Below, one piece after another: positions 53,736-57,943 of a stretch of 57,943 nt of DNA. The first letter of the stretch is position 1. Each line of letters opens with the position of its first letter. The notes under the pieces were generated by a model. It did not search any database, was not told the origin of the DNA, and saw nothing but the letters and a program-made list of their open reading frames with translations. Source of the stretch: Lama guanicoe (lineage: Eukaryota); assembly GCA_013239625.1 (NCBI GenBank), contig MU054100.1, positions 158,580 to 216,522 of the forward strand. The letters run 5' to 3'. The position numbers and the translations under genes are program-made.

Positions 53736-53747
53736 GACCAACATTTC

Positions 53748-54330
53748 TGTTAGAATGTAACTTCCACAGATTGCAATTGGTTTAAGGATGATTATGTGGT
53801 TTAAGTTAAGCAAGACAGAATTGGGATTGCTTGATTAATTTGATTTATCTTGATTGATTCTTTTTCTGTGTGGTAGAAGTAGACATATATGGATTTTCCA
53901 GGTGGAATTTGGAAAGGGGGTTCTCTCTACATGTGAGGTCCTGAAAAATAAGTTCTTTGTTAAACTGGAACTCTATGAGCATCAGTCATAAAAATTAAGA
54001 GAGGGTGTCTCAGAAAGAAGTCAGAAACGAGATGCAGAAAATGATACAAGTTGCTAGTGACATATTTGAAGCCTGGAATCCATTCTCACCTGAAATAAGC
54101 ACTTTTCCTCTCGGTTGGCCTGCTCCCAATTGTCAGGAGTGTACTCTCTTTTAGTACCTTTTAATTTACTAATAAACATCTTGCTTACATCACACTTTCT
54201 GTCTCTCATTAATTTTTTTTTCATTTCACTAAGAACCATGGTAATTCTTATTTCCCTTATCACAGTATCTATCCTTCTCAAGGTATGGACTGATAAGTAA
54301 TCTTTTATGGCTTAAACTAGTTTGAATCAA
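53748..54330 (+). mobile_element. Probable ERV LTR remnant, family not assigned
   Basis: Starts TGTTAG and has an AATAAA followed by a U5-like pyrimidine tract near 54171. Confidence 0.35.
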
Positions 54331-55495
54331 TGTCACTTTTAACCAAACGGTTACTGAATAATGCAGCAGTAAAACATGTTTTATTGTCCTCTTACAAATC
54401 TGATTCTCACAGATTTCTTCCAAACAGTATTCAATTTCTATCAGTGTTGTTCCTCAGTAATTCTCCAAAGGGACATCATACCCTATGAGAGCAGCCCTAC
54501 ATCAAAGGTAAAAAAGTCAGTTTAATTTATTTGGTTATAATATAAATTTGGGAACACTTTTTTCTAAGGAAGTTGCTTTTTAAAAAATTTGGATCTGATA
54601 CAATTGTGATTTATTACAAGTCAAAAACCCCCAGAAAATATCAAAAGTTTGAGCAATTGACAATGGATATTTGAAAATGGATAATTGAAAAGAGATATTT
54701 GACAGTATCTCATTTCCATACTCATAAAGGAAGACAAGAAGGGTTGCAGATGCAATTTCTCATCTATTGATATTATGCTATCAGATTCTAATAACATATC
54801 TGATGTTGTATATAGTTTCAGATGCATTAAAAAGCTATTTTTAAGACATTCAAAAATTAATTGTTGTAAGTTTATTAAAGGAATAAACTCAAAATGTTTT
54901 CTTCTTTAAAATATTAAAAAACAATTTGAGAATTAATATTTTAAGAGACTAGTTTTATTCTCCATTTCAAACTTGGGGATTGTAAATAAATAGAAACATG
55001 TATGAAACTCAGTTTTAGAAAATAATATGGATAACCATATATTTTGTTCTACAATATTCTTTTCTTTCTTGTTTTAAACCTGAAGCTGCCAGTCATGTTT
55101 TCCATAGGACATATATTCTTCTGATTTTATTCCTTTTAAAATCTAGTTTTTCCCTTAGGGAAAAATATTTATATTTTTAAAAAATCTGGAATTTCTCAAC
55201 AGAGTCAAGGAACCATGCTGTATGATTCAAGGGTACAAATGGTGTCTCTTTCCCTGTACTGCTCCCACCCAATCAATCTGCATGAAACACTGATGCATGG
55301 CAAATTCCAGAATATAAAAATTATAGTGTCAAAAGGAATAAAGCATGACAACAAGAGTGAGGCAAGATTCACTTTTCTGATTGTGTGCACATTCTCCATT
55401 TCCCCATTGTATTGTCATTAACTTCTCACAATATGTAACAGTGCAGAGTGGCCAGAAGTTGGTGAACTATCCTTTCCATCAGAAAGCATGCATGC

Positions 55496-55526
55496 ATAAA
55501 CAAACAAACAAACAAACAAACAAATA
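55496..55526. repeat. (CAAA)n microsatellite
   Basis: Read directly from the sequence. Confidence 0.9.
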
Positions 55527-56925
55527 AGTACAACTGCAAAACACAAAACCCAAAAAAAATAAGGAAAGAGAAGAGGAGTAGAGGGGAGATGAAGATCATA
55601 AGAGATAATGCTGTCAAAAACCCACTAGCATAAATATTAAACACACAGGAAAGAGAAGCAGGTGTGACTCAGAAAGAGAGCAATTGACTTAAGATACAGG
55701 AGAGATTAAGTCTTGGAAGGATAACACAGAAAGAATATTTTCCTATCACACATTTGACAGGATTGTTTAATAAATTTTAATTTCTATTTTATTTTTACAA
55801 CTGTATCCTACACAGCAAAGAGTGAGAGACCATGGTAACCCTCCTCAAAGTCAGATAAGCATTGTGTCCTGGGAATTGTGGCTATTCTGGACTTAAAAGG
55901 ACAATGGTGAGAAACTAATTTTAATATTTAAATTTTAGAATTACAGTATTCCAAAATGTGTAAAGGCAAAAAGGGTATAAATGAAAAACAGCTGTATGGC
56001 CGAAAATGATGATGCTCATAGAGTATTTTCCTAAGCTCTGGCTCTATTACTACACACTTCATTTGTTGCTGTGCATCATTTGTTGCTGTGCACCGTCTCT
56101 GGACCTTGCCCAGAGCTTTCTGAGCTAAAGAGATATAAGTTGTCTGATGTTGAAGTAGTTGATCAAGACAAAAGTCCAGATGAATGTAACAGTCAAGCCT
56201 TCTATCACTTTCTGAGATGACACAGTTAGAGGTTAAACAGGAAAAAGTGTAAGCTCCCATGGTGGTTCACTTTCCCCCAGGATATTGTGCAAGACAATGG
56301 TCAGGTGGATCAGTGAAAATATTTGTCTTACTTTCCAGGGAGCCCCCAAACCGAATGCTCCTCTCACGTTGGACCTGAGGTCTGTGGGGAGCCATTGGGT
56401 AAGGGCAAGGATAGCATGGAGAAAAATATTTTCAAGGGTCCCTGATAAGGTTATCTGGGCAGAGGTGCCTGAGAGCTTCCCCTGCAGTAAGACCCTGATG
56501 ATGAAGCCTCCAAGAGGAGGGCCTGGGCCAGGAAATGAGGTAAGTGTAAAGGCATGCATGACTAGGGGCCTTGGGTTCTGAGACTGCAATTCATTGGCTG
56601 GGCACTGAGACTGTGTGGGCTGAGCAGCTTTCCCCTGTGAGTTTCCTCAAGTAAATCCTTTGCAATTGCCTATGGTTGGACTTAAATTAGACATAGGTTT
56701 TTGGCCTGGAGCCTGACAACCTCAATTCTGTCTATGTGAATGATAGTAGTGATAGAACATTAGCCAACTAGTTTGGATGCTTTCAAAGTGAACAGAGACC
56801 TAAGATTATGTGCTGAATAGATCATGTCAGGGAGGGAGTCTGTGTGTAGGGGAGTGCATTGTCTAACATACCAGCCAGTGAAAGTCCCCAAGGGTCAAAT
56901 GTAAAAATGCCAGTGAGGAGGAAAC

Positions 56926-57074
56926 NNNNNNNNNNNNNNNNNNNNNNNNNNNNNNNNNNNNNNNNNNNNNNNNNNNNNNNNNNNNNNNNNNNNNNNNNNN
57001 NNNNNNNNNNNNNNNNNNNNNNNNNNNNNNNNNNNNNNNNNNNNNNNNNNNNNNNNNNNNNNNNNNNNNNNNNN
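56926..57074. other. Assembly gap (N run)
   Basis: Run of Ns. Confidence 0.99.

Positions 57075-57118
<44 letters not shown>
57075..57118. repeat. (TTA)n microsatellite abutting an N gap
   Basis: Read directly from the sequence. Confidence 0.93.
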
Positions 57119-57459
57119 TAACAACATGTCAAGTGATAGATTTTACAAAGGGGACCTAATTTATGTTATCCCAGAAAAGACTTAATGTCTCAAGGATACA
57201 TAGGAGATATTCTGAAAAGTGTATCCCAGGTCACATATATGTGGACCAAAAGATACCAAGGATCCTGGGCTGCTGGAGGGTCTAGATGAGGCCTCTCTGG
57301 GCCAAGCCTGATGGCAGGAGATAAAAGTAGAGAGGCAATCAGATATTCTTTTTTGATATATAATTTAAAACTCTCAGAAAAAAAATCACTCATGACATTT
57401 TCTTTTATTGTACCATATGTCTCCCCCCTTATAACTATTAACCTAAAGTATAAAATTTT

Positions 57460-57549
57460 TTTTAGTGATATGTACTAATGATTTCCTTGAAAGGCATTAT
57501 AATATTTTAGTGATATGTACTAATGATTTCATAGAAAGGCAGTATAATA
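57460..57549. repeat. Tandem duplication, 2 x 45 bp
   Basis: ttttagtgatatgtactaatgatttc(ctt/ata)gaaaggca(t/g)tataata occurs twice. Confidence 0.9.
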
Positions 57550-57943
57550 TAAAGTCTGGAAACCGACTAGATTACTTTTTTAAGATTTATAGTCATGACT
57601 TTTTACTGTATGATTTTTCGTGATTTTAGAAATGTGCATAAATTTTCCAAATTGTGAAAATAGTTTGATTTCCAGTTATTCTTTGCCTTCCTGTTTTTCT
57701 CTGAATGTTAAGCTATCATCTGAACAATGAAGCTGTCTGATCCCTCACAGCCAAAATGAAAGAGACCCTTAGAAATGTAGTCCTTCCCTGAGAAAGCAAG
57801 AATATGCAGCTTCACTTATAAGGGAACCCAGAACATCTTAAATTTACTAACCTCACAAAGAATACACGGATGTGATATTGGAATGAATGGCTAAAAGTAA
57901 TTATAAAACTTTCATCCTTACAACCCTAACAGGTTTACTCCCA

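Larger units (their letters stand above)
17366..57943 (+). other. THSD7B: Long THSD7B intron running past the window end
   Basis: Donor at 17366. No further Cys/Trp-rich TSR exon was seen downstream, although one could be hidden in an N gap. Confidence 0.65.

Noticed and set aside
56233..56720. Overlapping ORFs in a GC-richer patch
   Set aside because: No protein similarity recognised. It is more likely a decayed LTR-type repeat.
26628..57185. Long ORFs made of X residues
   Set aside because: They come from translating N gaps.
41460..57549. CRISPR-like repeat arrays
   Set aside because: There are only two-unit tandem duplications without spacers, in mammalian DNA.

Overview
This is mammalian, not microbial, genomic DNA from a draft assembly with five N gaps. 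It is AT-rich, CpG-depleted and full of eutherian repeats (MIR, L2, MLT1, MER20, MER21, L1). A tRNA-derived SINE resembling the camelid Vic-1 family suggests alpaca, llama or camel. The window lies inside a large + strand gene that I recognise as THSD7B (thrombospondin type-1 domain-containing 7B). Only two internal coding exons are present: 10401-10595 (195 nt) and 17102-17365 (264 nt), both phase 1-1. The rest is intron, and nearly all other listed ORFs are chance or L1-derived. I found no credible new biological system. Two things deserve a second look. (1) The first 15.4 kb is a mosaic of apparently identical local duplications: 1-3126 is repeated at 4370-7493, and three 0.2-0.7 kb patches are copied from about 2.14 or 4.4 kb away, cutting through old repeats. 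This is most likely an assembly or gap-filling artefact, or else a recent template-switch rearrangement. (2) The second exon has Phe (TTC, 17215-17217) where the TSR WSxC cysteine is expected. Repeat family names and boundaries are from visual recognition and are approximate.
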